Positions 40,380-54,046 of a DNA stretch of 64,000 bases are shown in pieces. The stretch is from Octopus vulgaris (lineage: Eukaryota). The notes below the pieces were generated by a model that did not search any database, was not told the origin of the DNA, and saw only the letters and a program-made list of their open reading frames with translations. A program made the translations under genes and the position numbers. Where the stretch lies: NCBI GenBank assembly GCA_951406725.2, contig OX597817.1:58280001-58344000 (forward strand). The letters are read 5' to 3'. Every line of letters starts with the position of its first letter. The first letter of the stretch is position 1.

Positions 40380-40675
40380 CTAAGAGCCTCCTCTAATATG
40401 TGGCACTTGGTGAAGAATGGAGTTTGATATAGCTACCCTCATTTGCACCTCTTGCCGCGATGTAGGTTCATCTGGGACTCTCGACAGGAAGAGGTCTAGC
40501 TTTGATTGAAAAAAAATAAACCCTACATCTACTTTGTGCAAGTTCCTCAGACTCTTTGGGAGAATATTAAAAAGCTGTGGGCCCTTGAAACCCAGGCTGT
40601 TGCAGTAACTGGTCCTGAAGCGTGATGGCATTGCTGGGATCTTTGGCACCATGCAGTGTCGTCCCATTCTGGCAT
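40380..40675 (-). mobile_element. CR1/L2-like LINE 3' fragment
   Basis: GRHCMVP...[20 protein letters not shown]...[13 protein letters not shown] is a typical RT C-terminus. Confidence 0.72.
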
Positions 40676-40740
40676 ACACATTGTTTTCTGCACCACCTGC
40701 TTCGTCTTTTGTTGTTTTTTGTTGTTGTTGTAAATTCTCC

Positions 40741-40787
<47 letters not shown>

Positions 40788-40802
40788 CACATATATACAC
40801 TC

Positions 40803-40843
<41 letters not shown>

Positions 40844-41528
40844 TAGATAGATAGATAGGCATAGCTGTCGAAATGAGCCATCTCCGATTTTGTTTCCTCA
40901 TAACTTTAAGACATTTTTTTGATTAAATTTCTCACACAAACCTTTCAGATGGTGTAGAATCTTGATTTTATATCTATGTTTGTTGTGGAAAATATACACA
41001 CACATATATTTATACCATATATACACAAAACACACACACACAATCAACCGATTATTGTTTTCGAATAACCAACTTGGAATAAATATGATAAGAATTTTAT
41101 AATACCTCATCTCCAGAACTCGCTTTGTCTCTTAGTTTGCGCATCTTGGTCCTAATGGCACACACAATCACACATAACACACATATCACGATATCACATG
41201 TAGAGACTTACAAACAATGTTATACACACAGAAAAGAAATCCCTGAATGATATAACACGACAGCAGCAAGCGTGTGTAGAAATTTATCAGAAATATATGA
41301 TACGTTATGGCTTAAGGAACAACCCATAAACTTCAATAGAATGAACGTGACTGTAGACGAAAAAAACATTTCAATGAATACTAAAGCGAATGACATCGCC
41401 AGGTTGCGTCACGAAAGCGACAACCGACACACATTTATAACAAGCTAAAACAGAAAATGTAGCCATTACAATACAGAACAGCACATGTTACTTTATATAG
41501 CTTAATTTTCACAGTTTCAAGCATCTGA

Positions 41529-41602
41529 GGCTCCATAGCTCAGTTGGTTAGAGCGCCAGTCTAGTAAACTGGAGGTCGAGGGTTCGAATCCCCCTGGAGC
41601 CT
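41529..41602 (+). tRNA. tRNA-Thr (anticodon AGT)
   Basis: GGCTCCATAGCTCAGTTGGTTAGAGCGCCAGTCTAGTAAACTGGAGGTCGAGGGTTCGAATCCCCCTGGAGCCT folds as a cloverleaf: acceptor GGCTCCA/TGGAGCC, D-arm GCTC/GAGC, anticodon stem CCAGT/ACTGG with loop CT-AGT-AA, T-loop TTCGAAT (one A-C mismatch in the T stem). TTTT terminator just downstream and a TATA-like tract about 30 nt upstream. Confidence 0.93.
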
Positions 41603-42498
41603 TCTTTTGCCATTTTCTTTTTTAGATTGTTTTCAAAGTCTGTCATGTATCTAATGCTTATTTTTCTTATTATTTCATTTTTTTCTTTCACACAAAGAGA
41701 CAAATACACACGGACAAAATGCCATGAGTTGGTTAAAATTACTAACATTAAGTGAATAAATTCTACCCTGTTTATTCAATCCCTTCTTTTCGCTCTTATG
41801 ATGTATATTGTTTTTTTTTATGTAAGAGTTGATCTCGAAGTAAATAAAGATATAAATAATAGCGTATAAAGTGATAAGAGATAGGCCCACGAGCAGCCTT
41901 CGACTTTTCCATCAAAGAAGTTTTCTTTAACTCAATATTTACATAGTTTTATTGAGAGCTTCGAGATTCAGTTTCACAAAAAAAAAAAAAATAATAATAA
42001 TAATTACATCCTCTCGAAGTTTATAAATTTTCTTTTTCTTTTACATATGTGTGTGTGTGTGTATATATAAATGCGTATAGATTGAGGATATAATCATTAA
42101 AATGATCATAGTGGCTAGTGTTATAAAAGCCACCATATCGGTAAAATTAATTTTTAAGTATATAATTATAATTATAATGAAGGGCGCTGGAGAGTCATCA
42201 CCAATACGCTAGAAATAGATGCCAAACGTCTACAAACCACTCGAAAATTTGTTCTCTTTTTATAGACTTTTGACATCTACTTCTAGCGTATTGGCGTTAG
42301 TCCTCCAGCGCCCTTAATTATAATTATATACTTAAAATTTTATACATATGCTTTTCTTCTTTTACTTGTTTCAGTCATTTGACTGCGGCCATGCTGGAGC
42401 ACTGCCGTTAATCGAGCAAATCAACCCAAGGACATATTCTTTGTAAGCCTAGTACTTGTTCTATCGGTTGTCAAGCGATGGTAGGGGGACAAACACAG

Positions 42499-42558
<60 letters not shown>

Positions 42559-42576
42559 TAGTCCTGTAGAAGCTCC

Positions 42577-42632
<56 letters not shown>

Positions 42633-42634
<2 letters not shown>

Positions 42635-43070
42635 TCATCATCATCATCATCATCGTTTAACGTCCGTTCTCCATGCTAGCATGGGTTGGACGGTTCGACC
42701 GGGGATCTGGGAAGCCAGAAAGCTGCACCAGGCTCCGGTCTTATCTGGCAATGTTTCTACACCTGAATGCCCTTCCTAACGCCAACCACTCCGTGAGTGT
42801 AGTGGGTGCTTTTTACGTACCACCTGCACTGGTGCCAGGCGAGGCTGGCATCGGCCACGGTCGGATTGGTGCATTTTACGTGCCACCGGCACGGAAGCCA
42901 GTCGAGGCGGCACTGGCTTCGGCCACGATTCGGATGGTGCTTTTTACGTGTCACCGACACGGAAGCCAGTCGAGGCGGCGCTGGCATCGGCCACGATTCG
43001 GATAGTGCTTTTTACATATCTCCAGTCCAGGGGTCCTGGCATCTGCCGGGTGCCAGTCATAGGATTGGTT

Positions 43071-43072
<2 letters not shown>
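42633..43072 (-). mobile_element. RTE LINE 3' UTR copy
   Basis: CATCATCGTTTAACGTCCG start with subrepeats. Further copies near 9020-9275, 18665-18850(+), 19062-19146, 27705-27858(+), 49219-49478 and 54525-54735. Confidence 0.8.
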
Positions 43073-43130
<58 letters not shown>

Positions 43131-43184
43131 GAGCAAAACGTCCCCTCCACGTCCAATGGACGGTGCTGAGTTGTCAAACATTTA

Positions 43185-43318
43185 TTGATGCCTTCTAATA
43201 CTGTTTCCAAGGATCCAACAATAATTGGCACTATCTTCACCTTCTTCACTTTCCATAGCCAGGCTATTTCGTACTTAAGAGGGTTGTATTTATATATCTT
43301 TTCGTCTTCTTTCATGAC
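43185..43318 (-). mobile_element. R4/Dong endonuclease fragment
   Basis: KEDEKIYKYNPLKYEIAWLWKVKKVKIVPIIVGSLETV next to (TTA)n. Confidence 0.7.
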
Positions 43319-43341
43319 TATTATTATTGTTGTTGTTGTTG

Positions 43342-43393
<52 letters not shown>

Positions 43394-43554
43394 CATTATT
43401 TCATTATTATCATTGTTGCTCCAGTCCAAAAATGAGTAATCTTGAGATGGGTTGGCATCTCATCCAGGGAGGAATATCACAGAATATAAGAAACTGGTGT
43501 TATGAGCCAATGACTCAGGAAGGAGCTTTCAAATGGTTTTTTGACTATCAAATA

Positions 43555-44365
43555 ATATCATTATCATCATTATCATCGTTTAACATCTGCTTCCCATGCT
43601 GGCATGGGTTGGACAGTTTGACTGAAGTCTGGCAAGCTAGGAGGTTACGCCGGCTCCAATCTAATCTGGTAAGGTTTCTACAGCTGGATGCCCTTCCTAA
43701 TACCAACCACTCCAAGAGTGTAGTGGGTGCTTTTTATGTGCCACTGGCATCTAGGCTAGTCAGGTGGTACTAGCATCGACCACGCTCGAATGGTGCTTTT
43801 TAAATGTCACTGGCACGGGTGCCACTCAGGCGGTGCCGGCATTGAACATGCTTGAATGGTGCTTTTTATGTGTCACCGGCATGAGAGCCAGACAGCCAGC
43901 ACTGGTAACGACCATGCTTAAATGGGGCATTTTGCGTGCCACCAGCATGGGTGCCACTCAGGTGTTACTGTCATCAGCCATGACAGCGACTTCACATGCC
44001 TCAACAGGTCTTCACAAGAGAAGTTTATTGCCCAATGATTGAAGGGTACTCTTAAATGGGCTGGTTATGCTGCACTGGTATAGGCCACAGTTACGGTTTC
44101 ACTTAGCTTGCCGGGTCTTCTCAAGCACAGCATATCTCTAAAGGTATCGGTCACTCATCATCATCTCCATGAGGTCCAATATCCGAAGGTCATGCTTCAC
44201 CACCTCATCCCAAGTCTTCCTGGGTCTACCTCTTCCACAGGTTCCCTCTTCTGCTAGGGTGTGACACTTTTTCACACAGCTGTCCTTATCCATTCGCAAC
44301 ACATGACTATGCCAGTGCAGTTGTCTCTCTTGCACATCACATCTGATGCTTCTTATGTCCAACTT
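43555..44365 (-). mobile_element. RTE-clade LINE 3' end (RT C-terminus plus 3' UTR with (GAT)n tail)
   Basis: QERQLHWHSHVLRMDKDSCVKKC..GRGRPRKTWDEVVKHDL, then a UTR with ~55-60-bp subrepeats. Confidence 0.88.
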
Positions 44366-44791
44366 TGAGTGAGGGACCCTTTGTCACCATCAGAGGTAGG
44401 AGCTCTCTGAACTTTGCCCAGGCTATTCTAGCAGCTACACTCTCAGAACATCCACCCCCACTACTGATTTGGTCACCTAGGTAACAGAAGCTATCAACTA
44501 CTTTTAGTTTTTCCCCACTGTTTTCTGCACATTTTCAGTGTTTATTGCCCCTGAACATTTGCCACACACAAAAAACTATCTTCCAAGTTAGCCTTCCTTT
44601 GATATTGCTGCACCTCTTATGTGTCCATAGCTTACACTGAGTACATCTTATAGAATTTCTACCTACGCCTCTACTACAGATCGAGCAGGGTCATCTACCA
44701 GAAGGGATTTGTGATTTGTCTACCTTCCTACTTAAGACTTTGGTTTTTGCTGTATAAACGTTTTTCTATATGAAAGAAATTTACACACACA

Positions 44792-44863
<72 letters not shown>

Positions 44864-44896
44864 TACATCAAATTCAGGCACAATGGGATGTTCAAT

Positions 44897-44976
44897 AGAT
44901 CAAAATGACTGTCAGCTTCATCTTCTGTTTCACAGTCTGATGAATCGGAAGATAAAACTGACAGTCAATTTGATCT
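44897..44976. other. Isolated 80-nt hairpin (pre-miRNA-like or tiny MITE)
   Basis: AGATCAAAATGACTGTCAGCTTCATCTTCTGTTTCA pairs with TGAATCGGAAGATAAAACTGACAGTCAATTTGATCT over 36 bp with ~5 mismatch/wobble positions and an 8-nt loop. Confidence 0.5.
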
Positions 44977-45103
44977 TTTGAACTTTCTGATGTTTGAATT
45001 AAATCTTACTTTACCTTCAGTATTAATTCCTCCATTTCATATTGGTTTATATACATGTGTGTATATGTGTCTGTGTGTGTGTGGGTATATATATATGTAT
45101 ATA

Positions 45104-45180
<77 letters not shown>

Positions 45181-45904
45181 TAATAATATAAATAATATAT
45201 AAATATATGCATATAGACATACATATATGTACATAGATATATATATATGTATATATACTTGCATATATGGGTACAGGACATCAAGAAAAACGTTGAACAC
45301 AATGACAAATGAAAACATAAAAATAAAAACATGGAAACGATCTTTTTTTCAAACAGTGAAAAAAACCCCAGAGAAACGAGACTTGCAACATAAGGAATAT
45401 TCCCCTTCTTCAGTTGTCCCTGTTTCATCTACTCTGTGTTTCAAAGGTAAGGACAAGACGCGACTTCGTTGAAACAGTCCTTCCCGCAAAGCAAATTAAA
45501 TAAAATTTGGGATTTTTTGCAGAGGGCGAAAGTGGTAACAAGAACAGAACAGTAAGAACAAAACAGTAAGAACAATAAAAGTAAAAACAGTAAAAGACAG
45601 AACAATGAGAACAAAACAGTAAAAACAAACGATGAGGGCTGTTAAGCCAAGACGATGGGAAAATTATTCTGAACACTTAAGGAGACAGCTTAAGAAAGAG
45701 ACAGGATAAGCTGGTCTGGTCTTTGTTAAGATAATAGTCGGAAAGATGGCTTCCCTCTGATCATGTGTCAGCAACGAAAGAGTCGAGGAGGAGGAGCAGT
45801 AAGAGAGAGGGAACGGTGAAGAGGCAGGTTTGTATTTTTCTTTCTTTCTCCTTACATTACCATATGTAGTTCCTATTTTGTTTTTGTAACATATTTCTAT
45901 TATA

Positions 45905-46280
45905 CTCTTACTCTTTACTCTTTTACTTGTTTCAGTCATTTGACTGCGGCCATGCTGGAGCACCGCCTTTAATCGAGCAACTCGACCCCGGGACTTATTC
46001 GTTTGTAAGCCCAGTACTTATTCTATCGGTCTCTTTTGCCGAACCGCTAAGTAACGGGGACATAAACACACCAGCATCGGTTGTCAAGCAATGCTAGGGG
46101 GACAAACACAGACAAACAAATACACACACGCTTCTTTCAGTTTCCGTCTAACAAATCCACTCACAAGGCTTTGGTCGGACAGAGGCTATAGTAGAAGACA
46201 CTTGCCCAAGGTGCCATGCAGTGGGACTGAACCCGGAACCATGTGGTTGGTAAACAAGCTACTTACCACACAGCCACTCC
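45905..46280 (-). mobile_element. SINE family A
   Basis: Reverse-complement homologue; partial copies also at 11270-11400, 22686-22810, 32768-32955, 39575-39715 and 42360-42500. Confidence 0.82.
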
Positions 46281-46479
46281 TTATATATATATATAAGAAT
46301 ATGCAGGTTGTACCCTGCATATGCGTATAAAGAACCTATGTAAATAGGCATAAGTAATGCTTTATATATTCAGTGTGGGAAACACAGATTTGTATATACA
46401 CATACTTAGAGGAAAATATATAATTCAAATAATGACACTTATTATTTTATACAGTCTCAGGGAATAAAATATTTCTTTT

Positions 46480-46515
<36 letters not shown>

Positions 46516-47190
46516 TGCATTTGTCAATCTTAATGACATTAAGCAGAAGCAGAAATCGATTTTGTTTTCTGATACTATATTTAATTCATTGCAGAGGCAG
46601 AACCGATGCCACATGGCTTTGAAAGGGTTATCTGCAAAACATACATTGGACTTGAAAAGCAGTGGGAAAATTATTCTTGTCAAAAATCAAAGTAATTGTC
46701 GATTTTTTTTTTTTAGGAAAAAGAAAAAAGAAAAAAATTATGTACTAAAATTTTGTTTCTATAACAAATTGGAAATTATATATTTTTGCATCATCACCAT
46801 CGTCACCACTCTCTTCCTCCCCCTCCTCCTCGCTGACACTGCCACTGCCACCACCACCATCATCATCACCATCACCATCACTGCTACCACCAGCACCACC
46901 ACCACTACCATCACCACCACCACCACCACCACCACCACCACCATCATCATCATCCTCATCATCATCATCATCATCCCCGCCATCATCATCATCCTGCCCA
47001 CCACCACCACCACCACTAACACTACAACATGGGCTGGTTGGTTTGGCAGAATCCAGTGAGCCGCATGACAATGTTGACCTCGACTGTCGACTCTGGGCTG
47101 ATCTAAACAACTGGATGCCCTTCTTTATATTATACCAGTGCAAACTGCAAACTACATCTGAACCAATTCTCTTCCTAATTAATTGGACTA

Positions 47191-47221
<31 letters not shown>

Positions 47222-47490
47222 AACTTTAATGACCTGGTCCAATAATTTGTGGAACCAGCAGGGATGTTTTTGTTACATGTAAATGATAAATGGAATTATA
47301 TGAGACACTTGAGTGACATGAATCCAAGACAGGAAAAATATACCAAAATGAGGAAAAACAAAAAACAAAATCTGCCAGTGGTCTGAAGACCATGCAGCTG
47401 TCATAATCTTGACAACCATTTTAACCTTTACATGAAAGCAACCAGGAACAACATTCACACACACACACGCACTCTGTCTCTGTCTCTCTC

Positions 47491-47560
<70 letters not shown>

Positions 47561-47597
47561 TGTGTGTGCGCGCATGTGTGTGTGTGCATGTGTGTGA

Positions 47598-47732
47598 TGG
47601 CACATGGCTCAGTGGTTAGAGCTTACAATTGTGAGGTTGTGAGTTCGATTCCCGAACCGGGCTGCGTGTTGTGTTCTTGAGCAAGACACTTTATTTCACA
47701 TTGCTACAGTTCACTCAGCTGTAGAAATGAAT
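47598..47732 (+). mobile_element. tRNA-derived SINE head (family D)
   Basis: TGGCTCAGTGGTTAGAGC...GAGTTCGATTCC followed by TTGAGCAAGACACTT core; related piece at ~6700-6870. Confidence 0.6.
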
Positions 47733-47797
47733 TGGGCCTCAGACCGACCAAAGCCTTGCGAGTGGATTTGGTAGATGGAAACTGAAAGAAGCCCATC

Positions 47798-47847
<50 letters not shown>

Positions 47848-48143
47848 ATATATTTATAAGTATGTGTCTTTATGTCTGTTTGTCCCTGCCCACCATTGCT
47901 TGACAACCGATGTTGGTGTATTTATGTTCCAGAAACTTAGCAGTTCAGCAAAATAAACTGATAAAATAAGTACGAGGCTTACAAAGAATAAGTCCTGGGT
48001 TTGATTTCTTAAAACTAAAGGCAGTGCTCCAGCGTGGTTACAGTCAAATGACTGAAACATGTAAAAAAGTGAAAAAAAGAATATATATATATAGGTAGAT
48101 AGATATACACACACATATATACATATACATATATCTGTATATG

Positions 48144-48575
48144 CATGAGGTCTGATCAAGAAGTACCAGAACTGGTGCTATGAAAAGAAAGCTACAACAC
48201 AAATCAGTTTGGCATTTAATCTCCTTTGAAGTTGTCCCCTTCTGGAGCCACACCATTTATTGAGCATTATGTCCAAGGGTGGAAGCATTCCTTGAACTCT
48301 TCTTTTGGGATAGTGAGCAACTTGCCCTTTTGCATTCTCTGGGATGTCTTGAAATCTTGCTCCATACTTGTGCAATTTGGCTTTTGGCTGCAATAACCAT
48401 GCTCTCCACACTCTTCTTCCAGGCAGTGCTATAAATAACGGAAGTGAGCAACAAATTTATAACTTAGAGTGCATACGTGATAGATTTGAAAGTCAATCTG
48501 TGCCAAGTGGCTTCACTCTGAACACTTTAGCGCCGTTACCATAGCAACAGTCCTGATACCATTTCATCAGACCAT
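48144..48575. mobile_element. Degenerate mariner-like MITE
   Basis: Imperfect TIRs GAGGTCTGATCAAGAAGTACCAGAACTGGTGCTATG / CATAGCAACAGTCCTGATACCATTTCATCAGACC. Confidence 0.6.
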
Positions 48576-48590
48576 CTATCCGTCTGTCTG

Positions 48591-48656
<66 letters not shown>

Positions 48657-48732
48657 AGTCTGTCTGTATATTTATCTATCTATCTGTCTGTCTATTTATC
48701 TATCTATCTGTCTGTCTGTCTATCAATCTCAG

Positions 48733-49600
48733 TCTACGCACCGCCTTTAACAGGTCGGCTGGATTTCTTTCGATGTCTAGAAGTATTCCTAGGAACGTCT
48801 CGTCCCTTACTTTTAGTGGGGGATGGGAATGCTACCTTGGACATGCATGTAGACTACATGGGCAGAGATTGGAATAGATGGGGATGCAAATGCCTCAGAG
48901 ACCTGCTCAGACGCTTTTCTGAGGTCTGAAAGGTACCAACTCGACGACCCGAGTACGCCAACGTGGACATGGAGCAACCGCATCGGGTCGTCGAGATCAA
49001 ATCTAGATAGGATACTGTGTACAACAGTAGACAGAGATAGCGTAGGGTGTCCACAATTCCACATAGTCAGCTACACGGATCACAAACTTGTGATAAAACA
49101 CATAGATAAAACACATAGGCAGGGTCCCAGGTACTGGAAACTAAATGCATCTTTCCCATCAAGACAGGTTTTCAGAGATTGGATTAGCACACTAGTAAAG
49201 AGGGCTTTGACAGGAGCCATCATCATCGTTTAACATCCGCTTTCCATGCCAGCATGGGTTGGACGATTTGACTGAGGACTGGCGAACCAGATGGCTGCAC
49301 CAGGCTTCAATCTTGAACTGACAGAATGTCTACAGTTAGATGCACTTCATAACGCCAACCACTCCGAGAGTATAGTGGGTGCTTTTTACATGCCACCGGC
49401 ACGGGGTACTGGCAACGACCTCGCTCGAATCTTTTACACATGCCACCAGCACAGGTGCCAGTAAGGAGATGCTGGTAATCAACAACAAATGGTGGTTTGC
49501 TCTCAAGAGAGCAATAAAAGCAGAAGCGATTAGGTATAGCAAAGCACTAGCCATAGATAGAAACAGAGGGTGAGCTAGTTAAGAAGCTAGAAGAGGCAAT
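48733..49600 (+). mobile_element. Tx1/L1 ORF2 endonuclease fragment split by an RTE insertion
   Basis: VYAP, LLLVGDGNATLD, TWTWSN...SRSNLDRIL, YTDHKLV and YWKLNAS, resuming after 49478 with NNKWWFALKRAIKAEAIRYSK. Confidence 0.85.
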
Positions 49601-49918
49601 TATATGCGATGAATATTTTCAACAAATCATAATGTAGACCTCACACATGGTTCCACCAAGATGGGGCAACTGCTCATACTGCAAAAGAAACAATGTAGTT
49701 GCTGTGGCAGTGCTTTGGAGAGAGAATAATCTCCCGCTACAGCAATGTCAACTGGCCTTCATGTTCCCCTTGACTGGCCTGGATTTTCTCTCCAAAGTGT
49801 TTGTGTCTCTAGGATAGCCTCTGATTTTCCCCTCCAGACCCAACAAAAGTAAAATACACATACACGTGGGTATGTGTGCATGTGAGTGAGTATCTATCTA
49901 TCCATCTATCTGTCTGTG

Positions 49919-49976
<58 letters not shown>

Positions 49977-50199
49977 AATATCTATCTCTCTATCTGTCTA
50001 TCAATCTTTCTTTCTCTATTCCCCCCTCTCTCTCTTTATCTATATATCTATTTGTATGTCTGTCACTCTCCCTCTCTCTCTCTTTCTGTCCCTCCTTCCC
50101 TCTCTCCTTATATATATATATCTTTCTATCGATCTTATCATCAATTTCATTAATTCATATCCAATTAGTCAACCTGAAGCGAATGACTGAGCCTTTTCA

Positions 50200-50437
50200 C
50201 CCTGATGCCAGAAGTGGCTGGCTATACAGGCCAAGGACAAGATAGAAAGGCCAGGGCCATTTATTGCAGGCGAGGGTTGGTCGGGGGATGAGGAACTGTG
50301 AGTCACCCTTTTGTGTTTTCGATGTCTGATCTCTGCCCCTCATGATGTCTGTTGCTTTCCATCTGGTCCATTCCCTTGATAATTTGATGCTGCCAATTTG
50401 GGAAGTCCTTGCTGATTGTCTCCCAGGTATTTGGGTC
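50200..50437 (-). mobile_element. RTE-like LINE C-terminal fragment
   Basis: [22 protein letters not shown] and CNK...LGLYS remnants. Confidence 0.55.
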
Positions 50438-50463
50438 AGTACACACACACACACACAAATATA

Positions 50464-50523
<60 letters not shown>

Positions 50524-50561
50524 TATCAGTATATTATATACATATATATATGTATGTATAT

Positions 50562-50645
<84 letters not shown>

Positions 50646-51894
50646 ATATATATATTTATACATATATACATATATGTATGCATATATACGTATATATATA
50701 TATATATATATGTCTTTGTGTGTGTATGTGTATATACAATGTATATGAATGTGTGTATGTATATATGTGTCTGTGTGTGTATGATGTATGTATGTATATC
50801 ATCATCATCATCATCAAATGATGATGATGTATATTGTTGTACCTTGGGAGGGTCATCCTGCCATAAAAAAAAAAGGGAATTGGTTGTAGTCTGGTTCTGT
50901 TTTTTTATCAATTAACTAATTAGCTAATTAATAAATTAGGTTATAAAAATGCTTTCGTGACCTGATGGAGGCTGTGTCCCACATGAACACTCTCCATAAT
51001 ATTGTGCTCTTACTCTGGGCTATGTTCAATTCCTCAAAGTAGTTAGACACACACACACACACACATGTACACACACATGCACAACACACACATACACACA
51101 CACTCACACAAACACATGCACACACACACTCACACATATGTGCATGCACAACCACACACACATTCACACATGCACACACACACATGCACACAAACACATC
51201 CAGACACATACATACACATGCATGCATGCACACACACATATGCACACACAGACACACACATACACTCACACATGCACACTCACACATGCACACAAGCACA
51301 TCCAGACGCACACATACACATGTGTGCATAAACACACAAAGACGCACACACACACTTACACAGAGGCACAAACACATACGTGAACACACATACATGATAA
51401 CTACCGCGCTTGGTTTTGTGAGTAAATGCCTACGTGATAAAATGGAAAAGTCAAGTGTTTTTTGAAAAAGAAAGCAACCAGCTTATATGGACATTACAAA
51501 CACAATCTTTATAAGTGGAACAGTAAAAATATGCAAGACTTTTCTCAAGTTTCAAGTGTGACATTGTTTTTGTTTTTGTTATTTTACATTCCAACTTTGG
51601 AGCTTTTTGTTTGAAACCAGTTCCTTCCAAAGAGGAAGAATTTAGATAATTATAAACAAAAGAGAACATACATACACACATCCATCCATCCATACATACA
51701 TACATACATACATATATACATACATATATACATATATACATACATGCATACATACATGCATACATACATGCACACATACATACATACATGCATGCATGCA
51801 TACATACATACATACATACATACATACATACATACATACATGCACACATACATACAGACATGCATGCATACATACATATATACATACATATATT

Positions 51895-52582
51895 ATGGCT
51901 GCCCCCTTGTTATCGAGTATGGCCATTGCATGAAGCTTAACTGTTACTGGTGCTGTGATCAAATGTGACTTTTTAGCCCAGCTAAAGATCTACAATGTCT
52001 TGTACAAAATTGGCAACTAAGACCTTTACTGGTAATAGCCGGCTGTAGTTGTAACTGGGCTTCATGTACCTTTGCATGTCGTTTAAGTCCTCCTGCCTAA
52101 TTACTCTCTCTTCCACATGCCCGACAGATATGATTAGTATGGTGTCTAACACCACCACCAGTGGCCAGGTTGTCACTCATCTGTCTCGTTTTATGACTAT
52201 GAAGATATGACATACATATATACATACATACATACATGCATGCATACTTACATACATACACACACATAGATACATACACGTACATACATACATTCATACA
52301 TATATTCATACATACATACATACATGTATACATGCATACCCACATGCATGCATAAAAGGCTGCAACTTGATTTTGAGCAATGCCCTCATTTGATCCTTTG
52401 CTTAAATCTGAGCAGCATGAATGTGGCTTTTCAGTCCTACAATCTTTTGCACAGATGTGACAATGATGGGCGCCTCCTGCAGCAGGTGTTCTGAGAGCTT
52501 ATTACATATACTGGTATATGTCTTCATTTCATCATGGAATCTTTCAATGTATGTTCTGCCTTTTTTAGCCAAGGCCAACCGT
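51895..52582 (-). mobile_element. Two RTE-like C-terminal zinc-finger fragments separated by a microsatellite
   Basis: CQFCTRHCRSLAGLKSH (~51970-52020) and GLKSHI (~52420-52440) motifs. Confidence 0.55.
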
Positions 52583-52689
52583 AGTATACAATACATAATA
52601 AAGTTGAATTTAGAATGTAAAGACAGAGGAACAGATAATAATATAATCCTTTAATAATAATAATCCTTTAACAATAATAATAATAATAA

Positions 52690-53720
52690 TCCTTTCTACT
52701 AAAGGCACAAGGCCTTGAAATTTTGAAGGAAGGGGCAAGTCGATTACATCAACCCCAGTACTCAGCTGGTACTTAATTTATTGACCCCAAAAGAATGAAA
52801 GGCAAGGTGACCTCAGCGGAATTTGAACTCAGAACATAGCAGAGGCGAAATACCGCTAAGCATTTTGCCTAGCATACTAATTTTTCTGCCAGCTTGCTAC
52901 CTTCCTTCATCATAATGATATCAATAATAACAAGAGCACTCAGAGATCTCAAATCTACACCAAAGCAACACCAATGTCCTCTCAATGATTAGCCAGAGAT
53001 GATTTTTAAAATGAGAATATCTGAAATATCACAAACAAGAATACTAAAAATGAACCCGGCCACTCTCAGAAATTAAGTAAAAAAAACAGGAAAAATAATC
53101 CAGAATCCTTGTCCGGTACCAGATCAATCCCAAAATCTAATCAGTTTGGGCCAGTCATGAGGCCAAACATCCCTGAAAGTTTCATCTGAATCCATCCTGT
53201 GGTTCTTAAGATATCTTGTCCACGGACAAACAAGCAAACACTACCTCCACCTTCGTTAAGGCGGAAGTAATAATAATAATAATCCTTTCTACTATTGGCA
53301 CAAGGCCTGACATTAGGGGGCAGGGGGTTAATTAATCACATTGACTCTAGTGCTCAAATGATTCTTATTTTATCAACCCCAAGCAGATGAAAGGCAAAGT
53401 TAACCTAAGCAGAATTTGAACTCAGAATATAAAGGCAGATGAAATACCGCTAGGATTTTGCCTGGCATGTTAACAATTCTGCCAGCTCATTGCCTTAAAG
53501 TTCCTTAATTATTGGTTTCAAATTTTGGGATATAACCAGCAATATTAGTGGAGTTGGGTAAGTCAATTACATCAACCCCGGTGCTCAGCCATTACTTATT
53601 TTATTGACCCTGGAAAGAATGAAAGGTAATGTCAACCTTAGTGGAATTTGAACTCAGAACTTAAAAATGGATGAAATACTGCTAAGCATTTTGTTTGACA
53701 CATTAATGATTCTGCCCTTT
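52690..53720 (-). mobile_element. Cluster of three SINE family B copies
   Basis: 52690-52900, 53283-53495 and 53510-53720, reverse complement of 5635-5850. Confidence 0.75.
52930..53270 (+). mobile_element. Helentron-associated non-autonomous element (HINE/DINE-like)
   Basis: Starts ACAAGAGCACTCAGAG, has a GACA/AACA tract and ends in the hairpin ACCTCCACCTTCGTTAAGGCGGAAGT inside (TAA)n. Confidence 0.6.
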
Positions 53721-53732
53721 TGCTACCAACCT

Positions 53733-53935
53733 GGCTGAAACCAGCTTTGGCTCTGAGTACAAGTGTCTTTTCATAAGTTTTAAATTAAAATCTTCCAGCA
53801 GACCTTTGTCACAATTTATGTTCCTAACACTAGCTGAATGATAACTAAGTTATTTTACCAAATTCTTTGTTATATTTAAAGTAATTGAAAGAAACACAGA
53901 GAATCTCAAAATAAATACAGTAACAAAAGGGTTAA
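53733..53935. mobile_element. piggyBac-like MITE end
   Basis: Ends AAAAGGG|TTAA; a similar end AAAGGG|TTAA occurs at ~57455. Confidence 0.45.
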
Positions 53936-54046
53936 TGATCCCTAATTATTAAGATTATAGTGTGTGACTAATAAACTTAGTAAAGGAAGCTCTTTTGAGA
54001 TGGGCACAAATGGGGTTTGAAGTTCTTGTGTAAGAGATTTACACTA

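Noticed and set aside
42790-43020. Regularly spaced GGTGCTTTTTACGTGCCACCGGCAC repeats resembling a CRISPR array
   Set aside because: Intervening segments are homologous to each other, and the block is the 3' UTR of an RTE LINE (linked to RT at 44138-44362); eukaryotic context with no cas genes.
52402-52596. Host zinc-finger gene exon
   Set aside because: No canonical acceptor; matches decayed RTE C-termini with stops and frameshifts.
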